Assembly: GCA_043826565.1 (NCBI GenBank)
Contig: JBDRPX010000023.1
Location: 5,758 to 69,757, forward strand
From: Candidatus Omnitrophota bacterium
GTDB lineage: Bacteria; Omnitrophota; Gorgyraeia; B26-G9
Reading direction: 5' to 3'
Length of the DNA stretch: 64,000 nt
Within the stretch, counting starts at the first letter, position 1; every line of letters begins with the position of its first letter. The translations under genes and the position numbers were made by a program. The notes beneath the pieces were generated by a model, which ran no database searches, was not told the DNA's origin, and was given only the letters and a program-made list of their open reading frames with translations. Positions 36,593 through 47,070 of this stretch are shown in pieces.

Positions 36593-38059
36593 CTATATTT
36601 TTTTCCAATACCACCTAAATATAAAAGAATCAAAAAACATGAAAACTGGTTTTACTAATAATATTTTTAATATCCACTCAGGAGATCCGCCTGTAAACAA
36701 TTTTAACCACATTTTAACAAAAGTCGGAGCAATCTCCGTAAATTCCTCCATATAGATCTTTTTTTCTTTTTCAAGAAATCCGTCTTTTATTGCCTTATTA
36801 TAAATTTCCGAACCAGGATACATGATTAAATGAAAGCAAGTAATACTAGTTCTGACTGGTAAGCGCAAAATAAATTTCAAAGTTGATATTATATCATCAG
36901 TATTTTCGTAGGGGTTATCAAATATAAACTGATAGTTTATTAACGGCGGTATGGATTTTTTATAAAATAAATTTCGGTATTTTTCAACAACAGAGATTGC
37001 CGCAAACGCCTGCTCCGGAGTTTCTCGACGGTTATAAATTTTCAAAATCCGTGCACTTGCTGATTCTACGCCAATACCGAATTTATACAGCAACCCGGTT
37101 TCAGCTAGAAGTGAAAATTTCTCATCTTTAATTGTCGAAGGGCTGCCGCTTGTGCCAAAAGGGATCCCTACTTCTTTTCTCCAGCGGTCACAAAATTCTT
37201 TTAAAATCGGTAATGGCAAAGCTGTAATATTATCATCTGCTAAGAAAACCGCACCTACCACTTTTATGTTTTCAATTGCCAACTTGATTTCTTTAAATAA
37301 ATGGTCTAAAGACCTGAATCGGAAATATTGTTGTCCATTATATATCCGTTTTAGATAGGAATTATTACAATAACTACAACTATTCGGACACCCGCGGCTT
37401 AATGCGGTAAGATAAATTATTTTATCCGGAACCGGACGTTTATAAATCCGGTCAATATCCACAATTAATTCCGGAGTTAATATTTGCAATTTCCCTTCCA
37501 AAAAAACTTTTTGCCGATAAATTCCCGTATCTAAAACCGGCAAGGAATTTAAATCCCCGATCAAAGGCCGCAACGGATTTAAAACACATTTGCCTTCCTT
37601 AAGGTAAGCCAGGTTCGGAATATTATAAATATCTTTCCCGCTGACTAATTTTTGCGCTAATTCCACTGCGGTTTTATCCCCTTCTCCGAGACAGACAAAA
37701 TCCGTAAAACTAACTGAATCCTCAAAAGAGGCCGTCGGATGCGGCCCGCCCCAAATGACCGGAATATCCAGTTTTTCTTTCAGCGCTTTCGTAAAATCAC
37801 TAGCCGCGCAAAACTCACTGGCTGCCAGCGATATCCCAACATACAATGAGCCGCGAATATCATCAATGATTTCATCCATAATCTTTTCCGTAGGAACAAA
37901 ACTTTTTAGCGACGGTGCGCGTGAGCCCCGGAGATACCCAGTATAGCCTAAATGCAAATAATTAACTTTAAATCCGGCATCCTGCAAACAAGCCCCGATT
38001 TGCCGCAAGTTTAAACCAAAAAATCCCGGGTAAAATGATATTAACGTAACTTTTTCCAT
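36593..38059 (-). CDS. B12-binding radical SAM enzyme
   Basis: VGIS...VIWGGPHPT...D.VCLGEGD B12-binding region; SRGCPNSCSYC. Confidence 0.9.
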   Translation of the reverse strand: MEKVTLISFYPGFFGLNLRQIGACLQDAGFKVNYLHLGYTGYLRGSRAPSLKSFVPTEKIMDEIIDDIRGSLYVGISLAASEFCAASDFTKALKEKLDIPVIWGGPHPTASFEDSVSFTDFVCLGEGDKTAVELAQKLVSGKDIYNIPNLAYLKEGKCVLNPLRPLIGDLNSLPVLDTGIYRQKVFLEGKLQILTPELIVDIDRIYKRPVPDKIIYLTALSRGCPNSCSYCNNSYLKRIYNGQQYFRFRSLDHLFKEIKLAIENIKVVGAVFLADDNITALPLPILKEFCDRWRKEVGIPFGTSGSPSTIKDEKFSLLAETGLLYKFGIGVESASARILKIYNRRETPEQAFAAISVVEKYRNLFYKKSIPPLINYQFIFDNPYENTDDIISTLKFILRLPVRTSITCFHLIMYPGSEIYNKAIKDGFLEKEKKIYMEEFTEIAPTFVKMWLKLFTGGSPEWILKILLVKPVFMFFDSFIFRWYWKKI

Positions 38060-38066
38060 GTTTTTT

Positions 38067-39785
38067 CTATTCCCCTGAACGCTTTAACATTAATTTTAAT
38101 TGATTTAGTTTAGCCTGCCGGATTTTCCTTTTCGCAAACCAGGAAATATCAGAAAGCTCATTTTTAACTAATTCGGTTTTAATTTTAAAAAATTTCACAA
38201 TATCTTCGTTGTCGTATCCTTTTAAATAAAAAGGAAAAAAAGCATACATCGGAGAATAATTATAAATCAACCCCGCTTTTTCAATTCGGAGAATAAATTC
38301 CTTAAGCTTCTCCGAAGCACTCAACGAATCTATCGTCGGAGTTTTCCAAAGGCAATAATCATATTTGTCCCCAAAATAGGTCACATTATGTTCGGCTTGC
38401 TCGTCAAAAATTATTGAACCCGGCAGCATATAAAATACATAAATTTTGTATAACTGCAATGGTGAATTATTTATCCAGTTAATCGTATTATTAATGCTTT
38501 CCTCAGTTTCTCCGGGAAAACCGATCATAAAACTGCCATAAGCGATAATCTTATTTTTATCCAGGATTTCTAAACAACGCTGGTTATCCGCAATTGTAGT
38601 TTTCTTATCCATAAGCTTTAACATCCGGTCATCGCCGCTTTCTAATCCCACACAAAGCACTTTACATCCCGATTCTCTTAAAAGTATCGCATTTTCCTCT
38701 GTAATGGAATTAGAACGGATCCCGGCAAACCAGTTAAAATAAAATTTTTCATCAATCATCATCTGACAAATTTGTTCAATACGCTTGGGATGTACAGCAA
38801 AATGATCATCAGTAAAAGCAACATTCTTTATTCCGGCTTTTTTTATTTCTCTTAATTCATTACGGACACTTTCCATCGACCGCTGGTAAATCTTTACTGT
38901 AGCTTTAGGAAAATTACAGAACTTACAGCGAAAAGCACATCCTTGGCTAGCCCGCACAAATGCGATGTCTTTAGTAATTCCCGCTATCTTTGCCCAATCC
39001 GGAAAATCATTATTTAAATCTAATGGATCTGCACCCCGCCGAGAATAGTTTATGCTCCCCTTACGTTTATAAACCAGATTGTTTAAAAGATTAATATCTG
39101 TATTCTTTTTTAAAGCCTCAAGCAATTTATGCAAACTCGGCAAGCCGTTCTCTTCCAGGATAAAATAAATATTTTCATCAATTAATAGATTCTCATAATC
39201 CGGTAGCAGCTTTCCTTGGTCGGTTAATTTAGTTAATATCACGTTACTGCCCATAATAATCGGAATGCTTTTATTTAAGCCCCTAATCAGTAAAATAATT
39301 GCCATTATCTCTTGCGGACTCACAAAATAAGTCGCGGAAATCGCGACTGACAAAGGATTGTTTTTTAAAATTGCTTTCAATTCGTCTTTACATTCAGCAA
39401 CATTATCCATATTAACCGGAGAATAGCCTTTTTTTAATAAAAAATCATAAATATGCAAAGATGTGATAGTCGGAATTCCTGTGGGATTGAAAAACTTTTT
39501 ATCTTTTTGCGGTTCGTAGACATATTTATTATTATTTAATGCAAAATTAAGTAACTCAAATATTCCAAAACGCCAGAAACCAATCCATTCCGGAGCGATA
39601 ATATTATAAAGAATTCGTTCTTTAATTTTTTTGACATTATTTATTTTTGAAATATTTTTCAAGAAGAGCTTGTTTTTAATATACGATAAAACCACTCGCC
39701 CCCTCTTTAAAAATGTTTCTTTTGCAGTTATTGCCGGGATCCGGTTACGGCAGATTATAATTACCTGTTCATTTTTCATTTTCAA
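38067..39785 (-). CDS. Radical SAM enzyme, B12-type architecture with a divergent N-terminal domain
   Basis: SQGCAFRCKFC, FTDDHF, GLESGD..ML.LM.K, FMIGFPGET; N-terminal VAISATY. Confidence 0.82.
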   Translation of the reverse strand: MKMKNEQVIIICRNRIPAITAKETFLKRGRVVLSYIKNKLFLKNISKINNVKKIKERILYNIIAPEWIGFWRFGIFELLNFALNNNKYVYEPQKDKKFFNPTGIPTITSLHIYDFLLKKGYSPVNMDNVAECKDELKAILKNNPLSVAISATYFVSPQEIMAIILLIRGLNKSIPIIMGSNVILTKLTDQGKLLPDYENLLIDENIYFILEENGLPSLHKLLEALKKNTDINLLNNLVYKRKGSINYSRRGADPLDLNNDFPDWAKIAGITKDIAFVRASQGCAFRCKFCNFPKATVKIYQRSMESVRNELREIKKAGIKNVAFTDDHFAVHPKRIEQICQMMIDEKFYFNWFAGIRSNSITEENAILLRESGCKVLCVGLESGDDRMLKLMDKKTTIADNQRCLEILDKNKIIAYGSFMIGFPGETEESINNTINWINNSPLQLYKIYVFYMLPGSIIFDEQAEHNVTYFGDKYDYCLWKTPTIDSLSASEKLKEFILRIEKAGLIYNYSPMYAFFPFYLKGYDNEDIVKFFKIKTELVKNELSDISWFAKRKIRQAKLNQLKLMLKRSGE

Positions 39786-42180
39786 CTCCCTCTAAAACAT
39801 GAATCATTCCATTATCGGCATCGACAAATATTTTTTGGCCGGTTTTAATTTTCCGGGTTGCTGTAAATAAATTGCCTACAGCCGGAATACCTATTTCCCG
39901 GGCAACAATTGCTCCATGCGATAAATAATTACCCATATCCGTTACAATTGCGCCCGCAATTGCAAACAATGGCGTCCAACTTGGGTTAGTTGAAGCTGCC
40001 ACTAAAATCTCACCTGCCTTTAAAAGACCCATATCTTTTTTGCTCTTTATCACTCTGGCAATGCCCGTATAATTCCCACTGCTTAAGGCTAATCCCTGCA
40101 GGCTTAATCCCGGAGACTGTTTATGAGAAATTTTTTCTTCCCGGCCACTTTTGTAAATCCTGATCTGTTCAAAAGGTTCCTGCAAACATAAACGTTCCCA
40201 ATCCAGTTTTCTTTGATCGATACAATTCTGTTCTATTTGGGAATCTTTTGTGCAAGCTTCGTCTAATGTCATAAAAAAAATATCATTTAAAGTCTCAAGT
40301 TTCTTTTTTTGAGAAAGTGAAAGGGCCTGTTTTCGAATCTGAAACATTATTTTAACAATATTTTGCTTTATTGCCTCTCTCCAGATACTGCATTTCTGAA
40401 TATGCCGGATAAAAAACTTAGTTGGAAAACGAAATAATAAAGGGATGCTTTTCAATACAAGATTTTCCGTTTTAACTCGTCTCTGGACACGCGAATCTCT
40501 TTCTTGCTCAAAATTAATCTCTGTTTTCTGTGCAATATAATGCTTAAGTGTTATCTCGACAAAACTAGGATCTTCAGCCCAACGAGGATAAAACAACTCA
40601 AATTCCTTTAAAGATTGATGCCCGAATTTTCCCAGAAAGTCATCCCACTTTCTCGCAGAATCCGCTCCATACTTAGAAATAATACCGTGAAAAGAACCTG
40701 AGGAATTTTCTATTTTTTCTAATAAATGTTTTTCCTTGCGTATCGAAGAAGCCAGTTCCCATAAAGCTTCGCTGGCAGCGGTACTCTCGATTTTTCCAAG
40801 CCCGGTAACTAATCCATCCATTATAACCGATACTTTTTCATTCGGCATATTTTTTTTAATTAAACCGCCTAGAATTGCAGTGCCTAATTCAAAGGAAATA
40901 GCGACTTTAACATGTATTTTCATATTTTGTTCTAAAAATTCTCTTAAATCCTTTAACGCTTCTTTTTCTTCCAAAATCATGCTTTGGCTCAATCTTTCAG
41001 GGAATCGCTTTTGCGCCACATGCACAAGAAAAGGTAACCTTATAAGAGATATAAAATAAAAAAATAAGATTTTAAACAAGATAAAGGGATTATGCTTTTT
41101 AATATCCTGAACATTATAAATCTGTTTGAACACCGTTTGATTACAATAAGCTCTGCCGTCAAAAAGAGAAAACAGATCCTGCTCAATGGGGGGTAGTCCT
41201 AAGCTTGCTACCGCATTTTTAAAACCTTGATTTGTGGCCTTATTCACAACTGACCAGGTAAATGGAGTTACAACATCAGGAATAACATCTGCCACATTAT
41301 CCCGGGTCCACAAAATATATTCATCTTGTTTGGTCTTACCTATTGTGATAGGCCTTACCTGCAAAACAAATAATTTATTTTCTTGATATGCCCATTCAAT
41401 ATCTACCGGATATTTAAACAACTCTTTTATCTTTTGCGCTAATCGGGAGATCTCTTCTATTTGCTTCAAGTTTAAAACAGGATGATCCGATAATTTATCC
41501 GGCAGTTCGCTTAATTGTTGCGGATTCTCCGGAGAACGCCAATGTCTTTGCTTTCCGGTAATAACCTTATTTACATTCTCATTATCTATATCAATCTCAT
41601 ATTGATCTGCTACCGCTTCCCCGCTTACTAATGCCTCGGCCAAACCATAAACCGCATTAATAATAATGTTTTTACTTTCGGGGTGGTTAGGATCTTGTGA
41701 AAAACATACTCCTGAACTAATCGGAGAAAGTACTTTTTGAATAAGCAAAGCCATCCTTCTAGGCTTATCCATTTTATTCACTGAAATCTCCTGTTCATAA
41801 CATTTAACATTCTGAGAGTCACCCGATTTCCAACAAGCCTGACACGCATTCTTAATCTCAGAAGTCTCATTCTGACAAATTAAAGACAGATACTGGCCCG
41901 CATAAGAAGCTTGAGCGCTATCCTCGGATTCTCCTGATGACCGGACAATCAGCAAACAATTATCAGGAAAACACTTTTTTATATCCGAATAAAGCTGTTC
42001 TAAGTTTTCTTTGTTTTTAAAAGCAGTATACGCTTGAAAATTTAAAATTACCCCATCAGGCACGGAAAACCCCGTTTTATAGCAAATCGCGCAATTAAAC
42101 GCCTTTGCCCCTGTAAAGGGTAAACCTTCAGCATAAGCTTCATCATATGTGTAAATAAATTTGTTAGGCACCAAAAACAA
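39769..42180 (-). CDS. PEP-synthase/rifampin-phosphotransferase-like kinase (ATP-grasp, substrate and phosphoHis domains)
   Basis: GAKA.N, VRSS..EDS..SYAGQ, GLAEALVSG, DIEWA, LQVRPIT, C-terminal TNPSWTP and LSHGAIVARE. Confidence 0.9.
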   Translation of the reverse strand: MFLVPNKFIYTYDEAYAEGLPFTGAKAFNCAICYKTGFSVPDGVILNFQAYTAFKNKENLEQLYSDIKKCFPDNCLLIVRSSGESEDSAQASYAGQYLSLICQNETSEIKNACQACWKSGDSQNVKCYEQEISVNKMDKPRRMALLIQKVLSPISSGVCFSQDPNHPESKNIIINAVYGLAEALVSGEAVADQYEIDIDNENVNKVITGKQRHWRSPENPQQLSELPDKLSDHPVLNLKQIEEISRLAQKIKELFKYPVDIEWAYQENKLFVLQVRPITIGKTKQDEYILWTRDNVADVIPDVVTPFTWSVVNKATNQGFKNAVASLGLPPIEQDLFSLFDGRAYCNQTVFKQIYNVQDIKKHNPFILFKILFFYFISLIRLPFLVHVAQKRFPERLSQSMILEEKEALKDLREFLEQNMKIHVKVAISFELGTAILGGLIKKNMPNEKVSVIMDGLVTGLGKIESTAASEALWELASSIRKEKHLLEKIENSSGSFHGIISKYGADSARKWDDFLGKFGHQSLKEFELFYPRWAEDPSFVEITLKHYIAQKTEINFEQERDSRVQRRVKTENLVLKSIPLLFRFPTKFFIRHIQKCSIWREAIKQNIVKIMFQIRKQALSLSQKKKLETLNDIFFMTLDEACTKDSQIEQNCIDQRKLDWERLCLQEPFEQIRIYKSGREEKISHKQSPGLSLQGLALSSGNYTGIARVIKSKKDMGLLKAGEILVAASTNPSWTPLFAIAGAIVTDMGNYLSHGAIVAREIGIPAVGNLFTATRKIKTGQKIFVDADNGMIHVLEGVENEK

Positions 42181-43219
42181 ACCTCTCTAATTTCCCGCAT
42201 TCTTTATCTTGGATTTCTCCATTAATTGACAATTGAGCGTTAACAACTGTTTGTAAATATTGCCCCTTGCCTAAGTGTGACTTTAACCATTTCGGATATG
42301 ATTTTAACTTTAATAAATAAAACATAATCACTAATAGTGTATTTAACCGGTTATTATTTGTCATCCCTAAAGGAAACTCCTGAGACACATAATTACAATC
42401 AGAGATTAAGCTAATCTCATACTGTTTATCAGCATTAAAACTAAGTTTCATACTGTACGGCACTCCACTTTCTGTGATATCATTCTCTGCTCCGGATTTC
42501 TCACTGACCTTCAAATCAATAGCGTTGATTTGTTTACCGCTTTTATCCAGCAAACATAAAATCCTAAGTTTTTCTTTTTTTCCTTTTATCTCTATTTCAG
42601 AAAATATAAATGTAAAGTCCTTAAAAAACACTCGGGTCCAAACCCACCCTTTAAACTCTCGCGCGATATTGAGATTACCCCAATTATGATCGTGATACGC
42701 AATCCCCTCGATATTTATAGTTCTCCGGTCAATTTCAATCTTTCCTTTTGCTTGCGCCCGAGGTAAAGGAACGATCCAATTAAACCACTCATTGTTTGTT
42801 TTATTTTTATAGATACACTCACTGTTGTTACAAAAAAATGGCAATTGACGTTTTAGCGTTACATCAACCGTAATGTCCTTTTCCTTAACAAAAATTTTAT
42901 AATCCCCGTTATTTTCTTCTATCCGCCCACCCGGGAAAATAATTTTACAAAAATTTTTATCCTGGGTAATCTTTGCCCGCGAATAGCGTAAAACCCGTAC
43001 TGTAGATTGACCCTGATCATGATTATTTTTATTAAAATTTTCATATATCCGGATAATTAAAAGGCATAAATTATTTCTCAGGCTAAAGACCGGGGACTGC
43101 CACTCTATATATACATTCCTCCCATCTTTTAAATCAAAATCAAAATACCACCACTCGAAAAACTTACTCGGATTTTCTATGTGAGACCCATCATGCCGCA
43201 AAGATTTAGATTGATCCAT
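42164..43219 (-). CDS. CrtC/tocopherol-cyclase-like (lipocalin-like) hydratase/cyclase
   Basis: FEWWYFD, W.VP.P, G.AYHDHNWG, W.W motifs. Confidence 0.75.
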   Translation of the reverse strand: MDQSKSLRHDGSHIENPSKFFEWWYFDFDLKDGRNVYIEWQSPVFSLRNNLCLLIIRIYENFNKNNHDQGQSTVRVLRYSRAKITQDKNFCKIIFPGGRIEENNGDYKIFVKEKDITVDVTLKRQLPFFCNNSECIYKNKTNNEWFNWIVPLPRAQAKGKIEIDRRTINIEGIAYHDHNWGNLNIAREFKGWVWTRVFFKDFTFIFSEIEIKGKKEKLRILCLLDKSGKQINAIDLKVSEKSGAENDITESGVPYSMKLSFNADKQYEISLISDCNYVSQEFPLGMTNNNRLNTLLVIMFYLLKLKSYPKWLKSHLGKGQYLQTVVNAQLSINGEIQDKECGKLERFVFGA

Positions 43220-43238
43220 AAACTACCTTTTCTAAAAA

Positions 43239-44600
43239 TTATAACTTATTTTGTTTAGCAATTAACCGCCCGCATTGAATTCCTGATTCCATTGCCTGAG
43301 GCACACATGGGCCTTCCGGAGACACGGAATCTCCCACTAAAAATAATCCATGAATATCCGTTTCGACAGGAACACGTGGAGATTGAATTTGCGGCTCTAC
43401 TCCAAAAACATAAGCCGGCAACCCAAATTCTTTTTCATACATTTTTGGATTATAAATAGTATAATTTGTCACTGCACCAGCTAACCCGGGGAACAAATCA
43501 TTAAGCCCCTGGTTTAAAACTAAATGAGCCTGTTTTTCAACCAGATCCGGGTTCACATTTCCTCGGGGATGATAAAACTGCAATGTTGCTCGGTGACAAT
43601 CTTTTACATCATATTCCATATTTGAGGGTATATGCATTATAAACATTGACTTGGCCGGGAATTCCCCCCGTTCTAATAAATCAAACTCGGAAGACACATC
43701 GTAAGGCATAAAAAAAACACCATATCCTTTAGGCAATCTAAACGATTTACGGAATCTAATAAAGATATTAACAACGCTTAATGTTTCTTTCATCTGGCTC
43801 ACTGCATTATAAAAATCTTTTTTCCAATTTTCGCGTCGTGTTAAATTCAAAACTGTCTGTCGCAAACCAACATTGCTGATTATAGTTTCCGCGAATAGAT
43901 TTTCGCCGTCAGCTTCAACTCCGACAACACGCTCCTTTTCAATAATTATTTTTTTTATTGTTTTATTCATGATTATTTTGCATTTCTTTTCGGCTACTTC
44001 CATTAGTTTTGCCGCAATTTGGCCATTTCCTCCGGCAATATACTCAGGGTTAAGTCCTTTATACTCTGCTATTGCACTTTCTTGAGAAAAATATCTTGAA
44101 GGTAATCCATAGGGGCTAACCCCAGAAACTGCTACTATGGTATCCCAGAATCTTCTTAGTTTTTCATTCGATATCAATTGATCGTATAATTCCCCTACAG
44201 ATTTGAACTTTTCAAAAGTATCCGAATCACTCAAAATCTTTGCTTTAGCTCTAAACCTTAACAACTCTGTAAACGGAATACCAGAAAAAATGAATTCTAT
44301 CAGCGTTCTTTTCCCTAAAGGAAATGAAGCCATTCCTTTACCAATCTTTATGCCACAACGCATCGGAAAAGTTGTAAGATTAAGCCCAAAAGTATCTCTT
44401 AAATGATCAAATGCCGCTCCTCCAACGTAAATAGCCCCGATTTCATAGCTTAATCCATCAATACTTCTCGTTGCACACCGCCCTCCCAACAGACTATTTT
44501 GTTCGATCAAAATCGAATTGATTCCGTTCTTACTTAAGTAAGCCGCAGCAGTTAGCCCTCCGACACCTCCTCCGATAATAATTACAGGCACCTTACTCAT
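43239..44600 (-). CDS. Phytoene-desaturase-like FAD oxidoreductase
   Basis: IIGGGVGGLTAA, LGGRC, EIGA, GG..QIA, C-terminal GLFLVGDS..P.GP.VP.AM.SG. Confidence 0.82.
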   Translation of the reverse strand: MSKVPVIIIGGGVGGLTAAAYLSKNGINSILIEQNSLLGGRCATRSIDGLSYEIGAIYVGGAAFDHLRDTFGLNLTTFPMRCGIKIGKGMASFPLGKRTLIEFIFSGIPFTELLRFRAKAKILSDSDTFEKFKSVGELYDQLISNEKLRRFWDTIVAVSGVSPYGLPSRYFSQESAIAEYKGLNPEYIAGGNGQIAAKLMEVAEKKCKIIMNKTIKKIIIEKERVVGVEADGENLFAETIISNVGLRQTVLNLTRRENWKKDFYNAVSQMKETLSVVNIFIRFRKSFRLPKGYGVFFMPYDVSSEFDLLERGEFPAKSMFIMHIPSNMEYDVKDCHRATLQFYHPRGNVNPDLVEKQAHLVLNQGLNDLFPGLAGAVTNYTIYNPKMYEKEFGLPAYVFGVEPQIQSPRVPVETDIHGLFLVGDSVSPEGPCVPQAMESGIQCGRLIAKQNKL

Positions 44601-45601
44601 CAGACTGCTCCCACTATTTTTAAGCGATTATTTAATAATACCAATAAAGGGAAAAATGTTTTTTTATAAGGAGTTTTTGCAGACATATACTGTAGGAATT
44701 TTTTAGTATAAAAATTTTTCGTCATTCTGGAAAATTCCTTTCGGGCAATCTTCTCATTCATGAAATAATCTGCCGCAATTTTCCCAGACAAAAGCGCTCC
44801 GGAAATCCCGTTTAAGTAAAAGGGGTCGATCATTCCGCTCATCGTTCCAGCTAAAGCAATTCCCTCTTTTTCGATATTTTTATTAAGCGGAATACTGCCG
44901 GAGGAAAATGTCCATGATTTAAAAGCAATTTTTTCTTTTTCCCAAATAAAATCCTCAAATCTTTTCAGCTTATCGCTACTCATTGAATTACGGGAAAACA
45001 AAAGGCCGAAAACACAATCTTCATATGAAGCAAGATAAGCAAACTCCCCATTTGTATAATCACCAAAACATGAAACCGCCATATTTTTGTTTTGCGTAAT
45101 TCCCGAAGCCCTAAACCCCTGGATCATCTTATATTTGATGCCGCATATTTGATAAGCCGGAAGCTCTAATCCGCAAGCAATTATAGCTTTTGATCTGTCT
45201 TTTTTGAGAGAATTTAAAGTTTCTTGATCAAGCGGCTGGTTAAAAATAAATTTCACTCCTAACCCGCAAGCAATTTTATAAAGGTAATTTTCAATTGAAT
45301 TTTCATGGCCGCCTTTTAAACACAAAAAAGCGTGAAGAGGGTTCACAGCATGAGTTTTTTTGTCATAAAAATATATCGAATGTCTTACCGCACGGCGAAA
45401 ACACCGCGACATATCGATACCGATGTATTCCGAGGTGCGTTCAAGGTCCATATATTGCAGATGAACAGACGGATGCCATTTAGGATCGCCCCCTACTGTT
45501 TTTCTGTTTTCAATGATTTCCGCTTCAAAACCGGCCTTAGCCAAATTTATGCCGGCAACCAACCCGGAAATGCCTGCTCCGTAAATTCTAATTTTTTCCA
45601 T
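44600..45601 (-). CDS. FAD-dependent oxidoreductase, geranylgeranyl-reductase-like
   Basis: YGAGISGL; C-terminal LAGTMSGMIDPFYLNGISGALLSGKIAA resembles the GGR GDAAG..DP...GI..A..SG motif. Confidence 0.7.
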   Translation of the reverse strand: MEKIRIYGAGISGLVAGINLAKAGFEAEIIENRKTVGGDPKWHPSVHLQYMDLERTSEYIGIDMSRCFRRAVRHSIYFYDKKTHAVNPLHAFLCLKGGHENSIENYLYKIACGLGVKFIFNQPLDQETLNSLKKDRSKAIIACGLELPAYQICGIKYKMIQGFRASGITQNKNMAVSCFGDYTNGEFAYLASYEDCVFGLLFSRNSMSSDKLKRFEDFIWEKEKIAFKSWTFSSGSIPLNKNIEKEGIALAGTMSGMIDPFYLNGISGALLSGKIAADYFMNEKIARKEFSRMTKNFYTKKFLQYMSAKTPYKKTFFPLLVLLNNRLKIVGAV

Positions 45602-45621
45602 TCTTTGAATCCTTATTAATT

Positions 45622-47067
45622 TTAAGATGATTTTAAAAAACTTAAAATTTCGGAAATTTTTTTCATTTTTAATTCACCAAGCACGATCAGAAAAATAGTA
45701 TAACAAAATAGTCCGACAAAAAACGGGATCAGGAAAAACATATCTTTCATAAAGAAGATTATTCCTCCTGTCAAAATAGCAGCAAAAATCGGCTTATATC
45801 CTAAACTGATCAAAGTAGGACTATTTTTAAACGACTCCCTGAATAAACGCGATTTCATTACAAGCACTAGGAAACCACAAAAAACAGTTGCCGCACTTGC
45901 ACCCAGGTATCCATATTGGGGAATCAAAATAAGATTTAACACGAAATTTGCACAGATTATAATCAATGAGCCAACCATTAAGATTTTAAGTTTTTCTTTC
46001 TGCACAATCAAAAACAGCCCCATTGGCCCGGCAAAATGATTCAACAAGAAAGACCAGATTAAAATCCTGAAAACCTGAGAACTAAGGGCAAATTCCTTTC
46101 CAAAAACAAATGGCACAATTTGCCCAGAAAGCAAAAACAGTGCTACCGTAAAAAAACTGGAAAAAATTATCATTACTCTCATTGATTTAAGATATATTGG
46201 GTATGTATTTTCTAAAGAGCTCTTACTTTGGGATGATATAAATGGCAGCATCGCACCCATAAAACAACCAGTTACCACACCTAAAGCTTCATTCAGTTGA
46301 ACCGCCACCCCATATATTCCTACATCCTGCATAGTTTTCATTTTAGAAAGCATGACAATATCCATTCTTCTTAATAAAATGCTTAAACCAATAAGAGAAA
46401 AAAGAGGAAAAGCCTGCTTTAAAAGACTATTTACTATCTTCAGATCAAATCTGGGTTTAAATTTGACAAAATCCTTTTGAACAATGTAAAAAAGCACAAG
46501 GGAAGTAATTCCTGTGCCTAAGATCATCAGCAATATCATTCCCCCAAGATTTAAACCTAACCGAAGAAATAAAATACCCAATATCGTAAAAAAAGCGGAA
46601 AGAACGACCCCAACAACAGAAAAGATTTCCATCTTCTCAAATCCGCTTAAAACCGCGGTTAACCGGCTAATTGCCGAATTAAAAAAGATCGTGCTGCCCG
46701 CTAAAACAATTAAAAAAATCAATTGTTTAGGGTAACCTAAATACACTGCGAAAAGTACCATCCCTATCCAGGCCAGCAATGAAAAACCCATGGATAAAAA
46801 TATGGAATTACCATAAAGCTCCTGAGCTTTTGTCTTGTCTTTGGCGATTTCCCGGGTGATGACAGTTGATAAACCAAAATCCGCAAAAATATTAGCAAAA
46901 GTAAGAAAAGCTAAAATAGTGGAAAACATGCCGAAGCCGTCCCGAGAAAGATATCGGGCTACGTACGAGATAAAAATTAAATTTATGACCCCCGTAAATA
47001 CTTTATTACCGAAAAGAGCAATCGTATTTTTAATTACTCTGAATAGGTCCGTTTTTTTATGTTCCAT
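45622..47067 (-). CDS. Wzx-type flippase (second)
   Basis: VARYL...FG, ADFGL...REIAKD, MDIVMLS...VGIY, LNLILIP.YG..GA. Confidence 0.9.
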   Translation of the reverse strand: MEHKKTDLFRVIKNTIALFGNKVFTGVINLIFISYVARYLSRDGFGMFSTILAFLTFANIFADFGLSTVITREIAKDKTKAQELYGNSIFLSMGFSLLAWIGMVLFAVYLGYPKQLIFLIVLAGSTIFFNSAISRLTAVLSGFEKMEIFSVVGVVLSAFFTILGILFLRLGLNLGGMILLMILGTGITSLVLFYIVQKDFVKFKPRFDLKIVNSLLKQAFPLFSLIGLSILLRRMDIVMLSKMKTMQDVGIYGVAVQLNEALGVVTGCFMGAMLPFISSQSKSSLENTYPIYLKSMRVMIIFSSFFTVALFLLSGQIVPFVFGKEFALSSQVFRILIWSFLLNHFAGPMGLFLIVQKEKLKILMVGSLIIICANFVLNLILIPQYGYLGASAATVFCGFLVLVMKSRLFRESFKNSPTLISLGYKPIFAAILTGGIIFFMKDMFFLIPFFVGLFCYTIFLIVLGELKMKKISEILSFLKSS

Positions 47068-47070
47068 TTA

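Noticed and set aside
39769-42180. Rifampin resistance gene (rph) or ppsA
   Set aside because: Only the domain order matches RPH, it lacks the C-terminal PEP-binding barrel of PpsA, and the context is biosynthetic.
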